A stretch of DNA of 64,000 nt from Octopus vulgaris. Lineage: Eukaryota. The position numbers and the translations under genes were made by a program. Shown one piece after another: positions 51,792-64,000 of the stretch. The notes under the pieces were generated by a model, which worked only from the letters and a program-made list of their open reading frames with translations, made no database searches and was not told the origin of the DNA. Position 1 is the first letter of the stretch, and every line of letters starts with the position of its first letter. The stretch covers positions 70,308,001 to 70,372,000 of the forward strand of contig OX597818.1 of assembly GCA_951406725.2 (NCBI GenBank). Reading direction: 5' to 3'.

Positions 51792-52763
51792 TTGCCCTGG
51801 GAGCTCCTCTATGCTGATGACCTTGCTCTAATTGCTGAGTCACTATCAGAACTAGAGGAGAAGTTTCAGGTGTGGAAACAAGGATTAGAATCGAAGGGCC
51901 TTAGAATCAACCTAGCCAAAACCAAAGTCCTAATAAGTAGGAAGGTAGATCAATCACAAACGCCTTCAGGTAGATGGCCCTGCTCGATCTGTAAAAAAGG
52001 TGTAGGTAGAAACTCTATAAGATGCACCAAGTGTAAGCTATGGACACATAAGAGGTGCAGCAATGTCAAAGGAAGGCTAACTAGGAAAATAGTTTTTGTC
52101 TGTGGCAAATGCTCAGGAGCAATAAACACTGGAAATGTGCAGAGACCAACTTCTGCCACGTTCCAGGGAGACAAACTAGAAGTAGTTGATAGCTTCCGCT
52201 ACCTAGGAGACCAAGTCAGTAGCGGGGGTGGGTGTGCTGAAAGTGTAACTGCTAGAGTAAGAATAGCCTGGGCAAAGTTTAGAGAGCTCTTACCCCTGCT
52301 GGTGACAAAAGGCCTCTCGCTCAGAGTAAAAGGCAGACTGTATGATGCATGTGTACGTACAGCCATGCTACATGGTAGTGAAACATGGGCCGTGACTGCT
52401 GAGGATATGCGTAAGCTCGCAAGAAATGAAGCCAGTATGCTCCGATGGATGTGTAATGTCAGTGTTCATAATCGTCAGAGTGTAAGTTCCTTGAGAGAAA
52501 AGTTGAACCTAAGAAGCGTCAGTTGTGGTGTGCAAGAGAGACGGCTGCGCTGGTATGGTCATGTGACGAGAAAGGCTGAAGATAGTTGTGTGCAAAAGTG
52601 CTACACCCTAGCGGTTGAGGGAACCTGTGGAAGAGGTAGACCCAGGAAAACCTGGGACGAGGTGGTGAAGCACGACCTTCGAACTTTAGGTCTCACTAAG
52701 GAAATGTCTAGAGACCGAGACCTATGGAAGTATGCTGTGCGTGAGAAGACCCGGCAAGACTAG
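51792..52763 (+). CDS. RTE reverse transcriptase C-terminal fragment (323 aa; no true start, frameshifted from the upstream RT segment) with an internal PHD-type finger
   Basis: ORF track: PWELLYADD...CSIC...CTKC...HKRC...CGKC...FRYLGD...GSETW...WYGHV...GRPRKTW. The upstream frame 51685-51795 reads YSEEFRVEVGVHQGSVLSPLLFIIVLQAITEEFKTGC. Confidence 0.9.
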   Translation: MPWELLYADDLALIAESLSELEEKFQVWKQGLESKGLRINLAKTKVLISRKVDQSQTPSGRWPCSICKKGVGRNSIRCTKCKLWTHKRCSNVKGRLTRKIVFVCGKCSGAINTGNVQRPTSATFQGDKLEVVDSFRYLGDQVSSGGGCAESVTARVRIAWAKFRELLPLLVTKGLSLRVKGRLYDACVRTAMLHGSETWAVTAEDMRKLARNEASMLRWMCNVSVHNRQSVSSLREKLNLRSVSCGVQERRLRWYGHVTRKAEDSCVQKCYTLAVEGTCGRGRPRKTWDEVVKHDLRTLGLTKEMSRDRDLWKYAVREKTRQD

Positions 52764-55120
52764 TCAGGCCATAACACATGGCCCCTACCTGGGACGTAGT
52801 CAGTCCTCCTGTGCATAGCTTCCTTCTTGAGACACTTATGAAGACCTGTTGAGGCAAGTGAAAATCAAATCAAAACAAATCAAAATAGATGAACATCAGT
52901 GGAATTGTATTCTTGTGGTACCAGTGCCGGTGGCACACAAGAAAACCACCCAAACGTGGCCGTAGCCAGTACCGCATCGACTGGCCTCCGTGCTGTGGGC
53001 ACAACAAACACCATCCGATCGTGGCCGTTCGCCAGCCTCACCTGGCACCTGTGTCGGTGGCACATAAAGACACCATCCGAAGACCCGGCGACGTAGTCAG
53101 TCCACCTGTGCATACCTTCCCTCTTATGACACTTGTGAAGACCTGTTGAGGCAAGTGTGTGACCCTTGTGAAGACCTGTTGAGGCAAGTGAAAATCAAAC
53201 CAAATCAAAATAGATGAACATCAATGGAATTTGTATCTTTGTGGTTCCAGTACCGGTGGCACACAAGAAAACCATCCGAACGTGGCCGTAGCCAGTACCG
53301 CATCGACTGGCCCCCGTGCTGTGGGCACAACAAACACCATCTGATCGTGGCCGTTCACCAGCCTCATCTGGCACCTGTGTCGGTGGCACATAAAAACACC
53401 ATCCGAAGACCCGGCGACGTAGTCAGTTCACCTGTGCATACCTTCCCTCTTATGACACTTGTGAAGACCTGTTGAGGCAAGTGTGTGACACTTGTGAAGA
53501 CCTGTTGAGGCAGAGGCAAGTGTGTGACACTTTGTGAAGACCTGTTGAGGCAGAGGCAAGGGTGTGACACTTGTGGAGACCTGTTGAGGCAAAAAACACC
53601 ATCCGAAGACCCGGCGACGTAGTCAGTTCACCTGTGCATACCTTCCCTCTTATGACACTTGTGAAGACCTGTTGAGGCAAGTGTGTGACACTTGTGAAGA
53701 CCTGTTGAGGCAGAGGCAAGTGTGTGACACTTTGTGAAGTCCTGTTGAGGCAGAGGCAAGGGTGTGACACTTGTGAAGACCTGTTGAGGCAAGTGAAAAT
53801 CAAAAAATCAAATCAAATCAAACCAAATCAAAATAGATGAACATCAATGGAATTTGTATCTTTGTGGTTCCAGTACCGGTGGCACACAAGAAAACCATCC
53901 GATCGTGGCCGTTCGCCAGCCTCATCTGGCACCTGTGTCGGTGGCACATAAAAACACCATCCGAAGTCCCGGCGACGTAGTCAGTCCACCTGTGCATACC
54001 TCCCTACTTATGACACTTGTGAAGACCTGTTGAGGCAAGCGTGTGACACTTGTATAGACCTGTTGAGGCAAGTGAAAATCAAAATCAAATCAAATCAAAT
54101 CATACCAAATCAAAATAGATGAACATCAATGGAATTTGTATCTTTGTGGTACCAGTACCGGTGGCACACAAGAAAACCATCCGAACGTGGCCGTAGCCAG
54201 TACCGCATCGACTGGCCTCTGTGATGTGGGCACATAACAAACACCATCCGATCGTGGCCGTCCGCCAGCCTCATCTGGCACCTGTGTCGGTGGCACATAA
54301 AAACACCAACCGAAGACCCGGCAAGACTAGTCAGGCCATAACCCGTGGCCCCTACTTGGGACGTAGTCAGTCCACCTGTGCATACCTTCCTTCCTTCTTG
54401 TGACACTTGTGAAGACCTGTTGAGGCAAGTGAAAATCAAATCAAATCAAGTCAAAATAGATGAACATCAATGGAATTTGTGTCTTTGTGGTACCAGGGCC
54501 GGTGGCACACAGGAAAACCATCCGAACGTGGCCGTGGCCAGTGCCGCATCAACTGGCCTCCGTGCTGTGGGCACGCAACAAACACCATCCGATCGTGGAC
54601 GTTTGCCAGCCTCATCTGGCACCTGTGTCGGTGGCACATAAAAACACCATCCGAAGACCCGGCAAGACTAGTCAGGCCATAACCCGTGGCCCCTGCCTGG
54701 GACGTTGTCAGTCCACCTGTGCATACCTTCCTTCTTGTGACAATTGTGAAGACCTGTTGAGGCAAGTGAAAATCAAATCAAAATAGATGAGCATCAATGG
54801 AATTTGTATCTTTGTGGTACCAGCGCCGGTGGCACACAAGAAAATCATCCGAACGTGGCCGTAGCCAGTACCGCATAGACTGGCCTCCGTGCTTTGGGGA
54901 CGTAACAAACACCATCCGATCGTGGCCGTCCGCCAGCCTCATCTGGCACCTGTGTCGGTGGCACATAAAAACACCATCCGAGCGTGGCCGTTCGCCAGCC
55001 TCGACTGGCACCTGTGTCGGTGCCAGCCTTATCTGGCACCTGTGTCGGTGGCACATAAAAACACCATCCGAGCGTGGCCGTTCGCCAGCCTCGACTGGCA
55101 CCTGTGTCGGTGGCACATAA
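52744..55120 (+). repeat. Complex tandem array (~7 units, mostly ~330-350 bp, with internal subrepeats) in the RTE 3' UTR
   Basis: GAAG(A/T)CCCGGC junctions at ~52745, 53079, 53405, 53605, 53963, 54312, 54654; recurring GACACTTGTGAAGACCTGTTGAGGCAAG, (AAATC)n and GGTGGCACATAAAAACACCATCCG blocks. Confidence 0.95.
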
Positions 55121-55981
55121 AATCACCCACTACACTCTCGGAGTGGTTGGCGTTAGGAAGGGCATCCAGCTGTAGAAACACTGCCAGATCTGACTGGCCT
55201 GGTGCAGCCTTCGGGCTCCCCAGACCCCAGTTGAACCGTCCAACCCATGCTAGCATGGAAAACGGACGCTAAATGATGATGATGATGATGATGATGATCT
55301 TTTAAAACTTTCACTTTATTTTATTTATTTATTTGTTTCCTCCAATTTTCTATGTTTTGGACTTAATACTGACATAGCGTTGCCTTTGACGAGAATACAA
55401 ACATATTTACTGTGGATACAAAACAAACAGGATTTTATTATGGAACCAGTTTCTGGAAATATTTTAATTCTCCAATATCTTTTTATGTCTACAAATTTCA
55501 AACAAAACAAAACATTTTAAATAACAAAACAAAAATAAACCAACAAACCAAAAAACTTACTTGGTTTGATTTGCATATTTTCATGTGTTTTGGTAACAAA
55601 TATAGTGCATGTTGTTTCCTGCTGTTGCTGGTTGTTGTTGTTGTTATAGTGGTGGTTAATGATACGGTGGTGGGGTGATCCCAATGATGGTAGTGATGAT
55701 GTTGAATGTGATTTAATGAAGTGATGAGGAGACTGGGTGAGAGATAGCAAACAGTGTGAAGTTGTTATCATTTCAGGCCATCCATGATCAAGCAGATCTA
55801 TGATTAAGCCATTCCAACTGTGACCATCCAGTCTTTTTGCTAGGTGCAGCTGAATCCAGAATCAGATTATCCGATGTGTCTGTTTCTAAAATGGTGAGAT
55901 GCTATTTGAAGGAGATTTGGCTTCTACATCTAGGAGACAGAATATTTCATGAGAAATGTGGACTTGAAGAGTTAAACTGCA

Positions 55982-56016
<35 letters not shown>

Positions 56017-56044
56017 ATATATATATATATGTATATATATATAT

Positions 56045-56476
56045 CGCAGGACGGCCTGCTGTGCTTACCTTGGGTTGTAGAATGACCTGCTGTGCTTGAG
56101 GAGACCTATTGAGTCAAGTACATCAACATCAAAACAAATATCAAATGGAAATTGTAATTGTGATACCCTTGCCAGTGGAATGTAAAAAGCACGATCCGAA
56201 TGTAGCTGATGCCAGCGCCGCCTTGACTGGCTTCCGTGCTGGTGGCACGTAAAAAGCACCAACCGATCGTTGCTGTTGCCAGCCTCCCCTGGCACCTGTG
56301 CTGGTGGCACATAAAAAGCACCCACTACACTCATGGAGTGGTTGGCATTAGGAAGGGCATCCAGTTGTAGACACACTGCCAGATCAGACTGGAGCCTGGT
56401 TCGTCCCCCTGTCTTCCCAGACCCCGGTCAAACTGTCCAGCCCGTGCTAGCATGGAAAACAGACATTAGGCAATGA

Positions 56477-56480
<4 letters not shown>
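56045..56480 (+). mobile_element. RTE 3'-UTR-only insertion
   Basis: Colinear with one UTR unit plus the terminal tail of the 51.7-55.3 kb element. Confidence 0.85.
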
Positions 56481-56528
<48 letters not shown>

Positions 56529-58637
56529 CTGTGTGAGTGTGAGTTTGTATATGTGTGCATATACATACAGTGATTAGGGTGTTGAGTTCATAATCACAAA
56601 GTTATGGTTTTAATTGTAGGACCAGACAGCACGTTGATTCCTTGAGCAAGGCACTTCATTCCATATTACTCCAGTTGGTTCAATCTTGTAGAGCACTGCT
56701 TCCCTTCAGCTTTCATATCCTCAGGTTCTTCTGGTTTTAGAAGAAACTTACCCAACGTGCCATGGAGTGGAACTGAACCAGAGCCCTTGTGGTTGGGAGG
56801 CAAACTTCTTAACCACATAACCACACCTGTTTCTATACATATACATATCTATACATATAAATTTACATATAATATACATATCTATATATGTACATCATCA
56901 TCATTATCATCATATTTGCATCATTCTTTACATGCATATTTGATAAATCTCAATGTTTACGTGATTTCTTTGACTGGAAACTCCATGGTAACGCCTTCTT
57001 CATGACATTATTCACTTTATTAGATTCTCTCTTATTTTTCTTTTCCTTTTTCGTTTTCTTGTCTGTTTTTTCTTTTTTATTTTTGTTGATCTGGTCAGTA
57101 TTAACCGCATCTGCTAAAAGTAATAATTTTATTGACCACTTAGAGATAAAAAGTTTGCTTTGTTCAGAAGTGTTAGGATCCATCTTTTTAACTCAAAGCC
57201 ACAGAAACCAATTCTCTGTTTCATAAAATCCTCTCATTGCTATTTCCACTTACTTCTTCCTCAAGACTTGTATAACATTTGATATATTTATAGAGTTCTG
57301 GTGCAGTAGTTTTCCTTTTATCATAAATGCAATGTCTATCGCATAAAGAAAGAAGAGAATAAAATGTTTAACTCAGTGTCTTCATTTTAGCATAATCTGC
57401 ATGGGTGTCACAGAGATGTCATAAAGAATTGGTTTACGAATATAATCAATGGCCAGATGTCAACATCAAGGAGGAAATACTGTCGTCTCAGACTTCTGCA
57501 ACAGTTTACTGACAATATAGATATGTGTGTGTGTATATATATGTGTGGGTGTGTGTACATATGTAAGTGTTTATAAGATTCCTACATCTGTATATATGAT
57601 CAAAGACTCTCCATCCATGATTCTCCAGTGATTGTCCTATCTTTGTATTTCTATGGTTCCATTGTTGGTGTCATTATTTTTTAGAGAGTGAGAGTAGGAA
57701 ACGCTGGTAACGAAGGCAAGCATATTTATTCGTTATAAAATATGCCCTGCATTCATGTTTCAATAAAATTAAAAAGTAAGTTTGTGCGGTATGTGTCTGT
57801 CTGTGCACATATTAAAATCCAGTCGAGGCCAAAGATTGCCAACTGGCTGTGTATAGACATATGTGTAGGATATTGAATGATAGAATGCTTGTACTGACCA
57901 TAATCAATTGCTTATTCATGTGATTCAGTAAGAGTTCATCCTTGTCGACGCCAACTAACATAGAAAGAAGAGGAAAAAAATAGATGCAATAACTACCATA
58001 GGAAAAACGATACAGAGGTGTGTGTGTGTGGATATACACACGTGTACAGATGTCAGTATTATGATACAGCTCTAGCATTATTTAAATGCCCTTAGGGATA
58101 AATGTTGCTGTCAGTTTAGTATTTTATGGAATCGCAAACTTAATCAGATATGTTGCAATCATTCACTGATACAAGCAGCATTAATGAGAGTTCAATTCTT
58201 AGGTTGTATTCATCGTGTACAAGCCATAATTGGTTGGCTGGGTGGTTGATTGGTTGGTTGGTTTCTTAATTGGCTTTGGCTAGAGGAATACATACAATCA
58301 TCATCATCATCATCATTTTAACATCCACTTTTCTAAGCTTGTAGGGTTTGACTTTATTGAGGCAAATTTTCTGTTTGGGTACCTTTCCTGTTCCAACAAT
58401 GACTTCTCTTCAAGTGTGTGTGTGTGTGTGTGTGTGGGCGGGTGGGTGGGTGAGTGGGTGATGGCTAGTTACTGAAATAGTTGTTAGCAAGAGAATGTGT
58501 TGGTTATCAATTATGAATCCACCGAAGAGTAGGAGTTTGTTGTTGGTAAGAGAGTGTGCAAATGGAGAAGAATGAAGACCATGTTAAGACAGGGTTGGAC
58601 ATCAATGAAACTAAAAACGTGATGGCCAGTAGTACTT

Positions 58638-58760
58638 GTTTAGGTTCCGTCTCCAGAATATGTGAGGCAGGGGCAATCCTGCCCTCTCACAATTCTCTCT
58701 TCTTTGTTTACTGTAACAATTCAATTTCCTGATGTTTAACGTTTCTTTTTCAACCTGAGT
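58638..58760 (-). mobile_element. Short RTE (BovB-like) 3' tip
   Basis: AAACATCAGGAAATTGAATTGTTACAG...ATTCTGGAGACGGAACCTA is homologous to 49182-49277. Confidence 0.65.
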
Positions 58761-59019
58761 GTAACAGAGAGCAACAAATCTAATACAATCCTTCAATATT
58801 CATGCATTATGTTAGGAAGAAGAGAAGAGTAAATACAGATATTTAATATTGAGCATTGAATATGCACAAATGTAATATTTTCTCTCTTTACTTGGCTCAC
58901 ATAGAACAGTGAATAGGAGAGAAGGTGACAGATTGGTACAAATAAGCAAAAATGAGAGTAGAAAGAGACAAGAAGGGGCAAAAAGAACAAAGATGGAGAT
59001 ATAATCCCACCCAGTCCCC

Positions 59020-59547
59020 CATGCTTTTCCATGCTAGCATGGGTTGGTCAGTTCGACCAGGGTCTGGGAAGCCAGGAGGCTGCACCAGGCTCCAGTCTGA
59101 TCTGGCAGTGTTTCTACAGCTGGATGCCCTTCCTAACGCCAACCAGTCTGTGAGTGTAGTGGGTGCTTTTTACATGCCACCGGCACAGATGCCAGGGGAG
59201 GCTGGCAGCGGCCCCGATTGGTTGGTGCTTTTTACGTGCTACCAGCACAGAAGCCAGTCAAGGCAGTGCTGGCATTGGCCACGTATATATATATATATAT
59301 ATATATGCATATACATATACATACGTCCGTCTGATGCCAGCTCCGTCTGGTACTTGTGCGGGTGGCACGTAAAAAGCACCCACTACACTCATGGAGTGGT
59401 TGGCGTTAGGAAGGGCATCCAGCCGTAGAAACACTGCCAGATCAGACTGGGCCTGATGCAGCCTTCTGGCTTCACAGACCCCAGTTGAACCGTCCAACCC
59501 ATGCTAGCATGGAAAGCGGATGCTAAATGGTGATGGTGATGATGATG

Positions 59548-59548
<1 letters not shown>
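59020..59548. mobile_element. Inverted pair of RTE 3'-tail insertions (minus 59020-59282, plus 59325-59548)
   Basis: Both match 55100-55298 in opposite orientations. Further tail copies at ~2060-2300, 18925-19190, 24310-24490, 26655-26850, 42995-43170, 44995-45150, 61825-61937 and 62920-62975. Confidence 0.88.
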
Positions 59549-59806
<258 letters not shown>

Positions 59807-60120
59807 AATGATTTGTTGCCTGTGGCTGAAACTTCGAAATAATGGTAAATTTCCATTCCAGCCATATTAAATGTATACCATGTGAACCAATTTCTCCAGC
59901 GATTTGCTGCGAAACTGTCTTTAAAGGAATATTTTATATGATTTGAAATGTCAAGGAAAACAGATATGAGAATCATACTTCACATGTGATTTTCTCTTTT
60001 TAATAAAAGTTAAACATTTTCTAGTTTCCACTCTTCCACAATAACAATAAATAACAATTTCCTTTTATTTGTTTCGTGTATCACAATAAGTACTGTGTTT
60101 CCATGGGAGGCAAGGGCATT

Positions 60121-60157
<37 letters not shown>

Positions 60158-62329
60158 TTGTGTTGTTCTGCTTCTGTCATTGTGGTTTGCAGTGAAAATA
60201 CTTGAATGGTCACTACTAGAACAAGCAACCAGCTGTAAAAGAGGCAATTCCTTCGATAATTCATTTACAGTTATGTGATCTATCAATAAATCTGTACCTA
60301 TCTACCTATCTATCTATTATCTGTCTATCTCTCTATCTGTCTGTCTGTTTGTCTCCCTACTCACCTGTCTACCTACTGCATATACAATATTAATACTTTC
60401 TATAGGCAAAGATGTTAGATTTAGATGACAGAAGTGAAATATCCAAGTGAAACACAGTCAAGTAATACAAAGTCACAAGTCTTTCATTGAAATCTATTGC
60501 AAACCTATCATTGCCCTTACTTTATATCTTTGTCTGCATCACATGTCTTTACCACATGTCTCCTCCATTCATTAGACTGTTACAAAACACAAGCAAGAAC
60601 TCTATGTCTGCTGAGACAAATGTGTTTCCTAAGCAAAGCAAGGGTGTACACCCATATCTACTTATCATCTTAAAAACAGAGCAAACCTCCATCTTTTGTG
60701 GAAAAAAACATCATAGAATTTTGGAAAGAATGAATTTAGAGCAGTTTTTCTCCCGCAGAACCCATATAAAGTTTTAGGATGTCTACACAAGGAAAATAAT
60801 AAATTGGGGATTCACAGTAATAAATTAAGGATCCATGAAAAAGGTTTGCTTTTGATGTATTTATTGCAAGAAACATCAAAGTTTCTCTCTCCCCCGCTTC
60901 CCTCGTCCCCCTCTCTCTGTGTAGCTCAGTGGTTGAGAGTCCCTGATTTAGAGTAACAGCAGTAAATGGTTGCATCTCTTTCTCGAGAGCATCAGCAATA
61001 TAAGTGAAGCTGGTTAAAACTAAGAATCACAAATGAGGCTTTCATCTCTCTCGTATCTTACCTGCATTCTACAGCAAGTTATTTGAGGAACAGAATATGT
61101 TGTATTATCAGGTGGAGTTGGGGTTTTTTTTTCGATTTACTTGAATGTTTCTGGAAATTGACCTTGGATTAGTCCCCAAGCTTTGTTGTGGCTTCCTCTC
61201 AAAATTCAGTGTGGCTTGATAATAAATACTGTTTTTACTAATTGTTTTAGGTACCTAAGTAACTATTAGCAGACATGGCTACTCCTTGGCCTTCCAGTGA
61301 AAGATCTAAGATATGACAGATAGAGAACAAGTGAGAGAAGGGGAGGAGAAAGGGAAGAAATGAGAGAGGGAGATCTGCCCCAGCACTTGGCTGGTACTTG
61401 TCTCAAATGAGTTGAGTGGGACAATGTGAAATGATGCTCCTTGTTTAAAGACACTTTGCAGGATTCAGCCCCATGATTTTATGAATCTGAACTCAGCACC
61501 CAAGCCATCCAGGCCACTCCAAATGAAATATTCTTCTAAATATATAGGGAGTTTCTCAGTAGAACACTAGATACCATGTTGCATCATTTATTCACCTGGT
61601 TACTCATCAGATGTACCAGACGACCCTGGAAAGTTACATGCAATGAAGTGGATGGCATACTCTCCTAGGGAAGATACATCTTTCATCTTCATCTCTCTGT
61701 AAAAACCAATGTTAAATCATCAATTACCAAGCTTCCTCCTGATGTTTAGAAAACACATCCATATTATATTCCCATAAATACACAGCACTATAATATATGT
61801 GCGTACATATATATCATCATCAGCATAATCATCATTTAACGTCCGTTTTCCATGCTAGCATGGGTTGGACGGTTCGACCGGGATCTGGGAAGCCAGGAAA
61901 CTGCACCAGGCTCCAGTCTGATCTGGCAGTGTTTCTAGGGTATATATATGCATATATGTATTTATATACACATATATGAAGTCATCTAAGAATCCATAAG
62001 TCAGAAATAGTATGCTTTCATGTAGAGAAAGTGTACTGTGTTATATATCCATTGGTATTCATGTAGGACTAACATATGTGTAGGGGTATTATTATACGTG
62101 TGTAACCGTTTTATAGAGGGTTAGGGGGATGGGTTGGTGCTACTACTAATATTTATTTGTTTTAACAATAGATGCACTGCTAAAGGAAACTCTTTAGCTG
62201 TGCCTATTAAAAATTTTACTGGACCTATTCGTAAGGGGAATGTATTTATTCACTAAAGTACGGGAAATCTTACCCACACAAATTTTATGCTTAAGGAGAA
62301 GTGGATGGGAACCACAATACTTTTCAGTG

Positions 62330-62600
62330 ATGTTTTCTCTTGAAGGGGATTAGTGTCTGGTGTATAACAAATCCTATGCTTTAAATTGTTGGCAGCCAGA
62401 GCTTCATTGTGGTACAAGACGGCAGAATCAAAACTCTCTTCAATTGAAGACAGACTGGAGATTCTTCTGATGGCTCTCTTTACCAGGTTCTTGACTGCAA
62501 TGGTTGAATGACAGGAGGCTGTTAATGAATGTCAGCCTCTCCATCAGCTTCTAAAAGGCCTATAGGCACTGAAATCCAACCATCTTCAGGAACATCACTC
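62330..62600 (-). mobile_element. Penelope-like RT C-terminal remnant
   Basis: Minus strand AYRPFRS...ASCHSTIAVKNLVKRAIRRISSLSSIEESFDSAVLYHNEALAANNLKHRICY resembles YKPYRKP...SNHPP...RRLSxLSSxEExF...YxxAL. Confidence 0.75.
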
Positions 62601-62832
62601 ATGAGATAACCCTTGTTCAGTTTTGTCTTTTTGTTTTCATAGCACCAACAAAATGAATGTGGTCTTTCGTCTCCAATAACTGTCATTTTATTTTCCTCAT
62701 ACCTGCTGTCTTTGATGAGTATGAAGTATTATGTAACCGTGCTGTTAGGAAACATCTGGTTCAATACCAGTGTGAAACTGGTTGGTAAGATTGGCTGTAA
62801 TGGATATTTGATTAATATAAATGTTTATTTAT

Positions 62833-62910
<78 letters not shown>

Positions 62911-63258
62911 TTTATGTATACTGTCCCACCCATGCTAGCATGGAAGGCAGATGTTAAATGATGGTGATGATGATGTGTGTGTGTGAATAAATGTTTATAT
63001 ATATATATACATTTACATACATATATGTAAATGTTTATATGTGCATTTATGTATACACATAAATGATGTATACGTACATGTACATATATATAAACATTTA
63101 TATATACCTATATAAATATATATATATATACTTATATGTGTGTATATATAAAATGCTTATATATATATATACGTATACATATGCATGTGTGTGCACCTCC
63201 ATTTACACATTTATAAATGTGTGTTTGTGTGCGTGCATATGTGTGTGTATATATATAC

Positions 63259-63316
<58 letters not shown>

Positions 63317-64000
63317 GTGTGTATGTATATAGAATCTATGCACTATTAATTTCTCTCCCATTCCTTCCTTTCTCTCCGTTTGTCTCTCCTCTTGCTCCAG
63401 CAAACTCTTCTGTTTGTCTGTTGACATTATCCGGTCTGTTTCTCTGTTTAACCTGTCCATCAACCTCTCCTTTCATTCAACTCTTCCTTCGGCCATCTCT
63501 AACTCTCTCTCTCACCAATCACTCTCTCCCTCTTTCTAGGTATTCATTTACCCTCACCCTTCATTCTCAACCTCTTTTTCCTCTCTCCCTCCCTCCCTCC
63601 CAGGAGACTGGACTCAAAGTATATAATTGGAAAGAAAAGAGTCAACTTGTAAATTAAATAAATTCCATTTCCAACGTTGAAATTCTGTTAGTAGATTCAT
63701 TATTTCACTCTGTCTTCTGTCGGAATCGCTTGTTTGTTTCCCAAATATGATTAACCATGATTTATGATCTCATTGTCTTATTTACTTGTTTATATCTTTT
63801 TATAAAATAGTTTTCTGAAATATCTGATTCATATTTTCAGATTACCTAATTACATTCTGGTTTATTTCAGTTTTATAATTTAATAGTTAAAATATATTTC
63901 AAAAAAGAAAATGTCACATTTTAACCTGCTAGAAACAACAACCAAATTTCCTAATGCTATAACCTTCAATCTTGGAGGAGGGGGGACGAAAACAAGGTAG

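Larger units (their letters stand above)
51684..55298 (+). mobile_element. 5'-truncated RTE-clade non-LTR retrotransposon with tandemly repeated 3' UTR and (GAT)n tail
   Basis: RT motifs GVHQGSVLSPLLF (from ~51713), LYADD, GLRINLAKTKVL and FRYLG; RTE C-terminal motifs LHGSETW, RLRWYGHV and GRPRKTW; ends ...CATGGAAAACGGACGCTAAAT(GAT)n. The start was defined by homology to the older minus copy at ~41750. No clean TSD seen. Confidence 0.93.

Noticed and set aside
52744-55120. CRISPR-like appearance of the recurring ~29-bp GACACTTGTGAAGACCTGTTGAGGCAAG
   Set aside because: Intervening sequences are themselves repeated rather than unique spacers; there are no cas genes and the context is a eukaryotic LINE UTR. 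ORFs inside the array are by-products.
58611-58796. Apparent minus-strand exon VEKETLNIRKLN...
   Set aside because: Homologous to the BovB-like RTE 3' end at 49180-49280.
61062-61697. Two further minus-strand exon-like segments (61062-61150, 61597-61697)
   Set aside because: Plausible splice signals but stops in all frames; they could be UTR or non-coding exons and cannot be supported without transcripts.

Overview
AT-rich, microsatellite-saturated eukaryotic DNA. The repeat families (tRNA-headed SINEs, RTE, R4/Dong-like and Penelope-like retroelements) point to an octopod cephalopod genome such as Octopus; this is an inference from repeat content. No intact cellular gene is recognisable, and nearly all ORFs in the track are microsatellite or repeat artefacts. 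The only long real ORF (51792-52763) is the C-terminal part of a 5'-truncated RTE reverse transcriptase. It carries a PHD-type zinc finger inside the RT and is followed by a tandemly multiplied 3' UTR. The most unusual signals are: (i) several minimal type-I hammerhead-ribozyme motifs tied to Penelope-like DNA, including a palindromic, tRNA-headed, two-hammerhead element flanked by a 13-bp target-site duplication (22316-22652); (ii) a chain of short, mostly phase-compatible minus-strand candidate exons, probably a decaying host gene; (iii) a local templated insertion and a microsatellite expansion at a splice donor. All alignments and folds were done by eye, and boundaries of degraded repeats are approximate.
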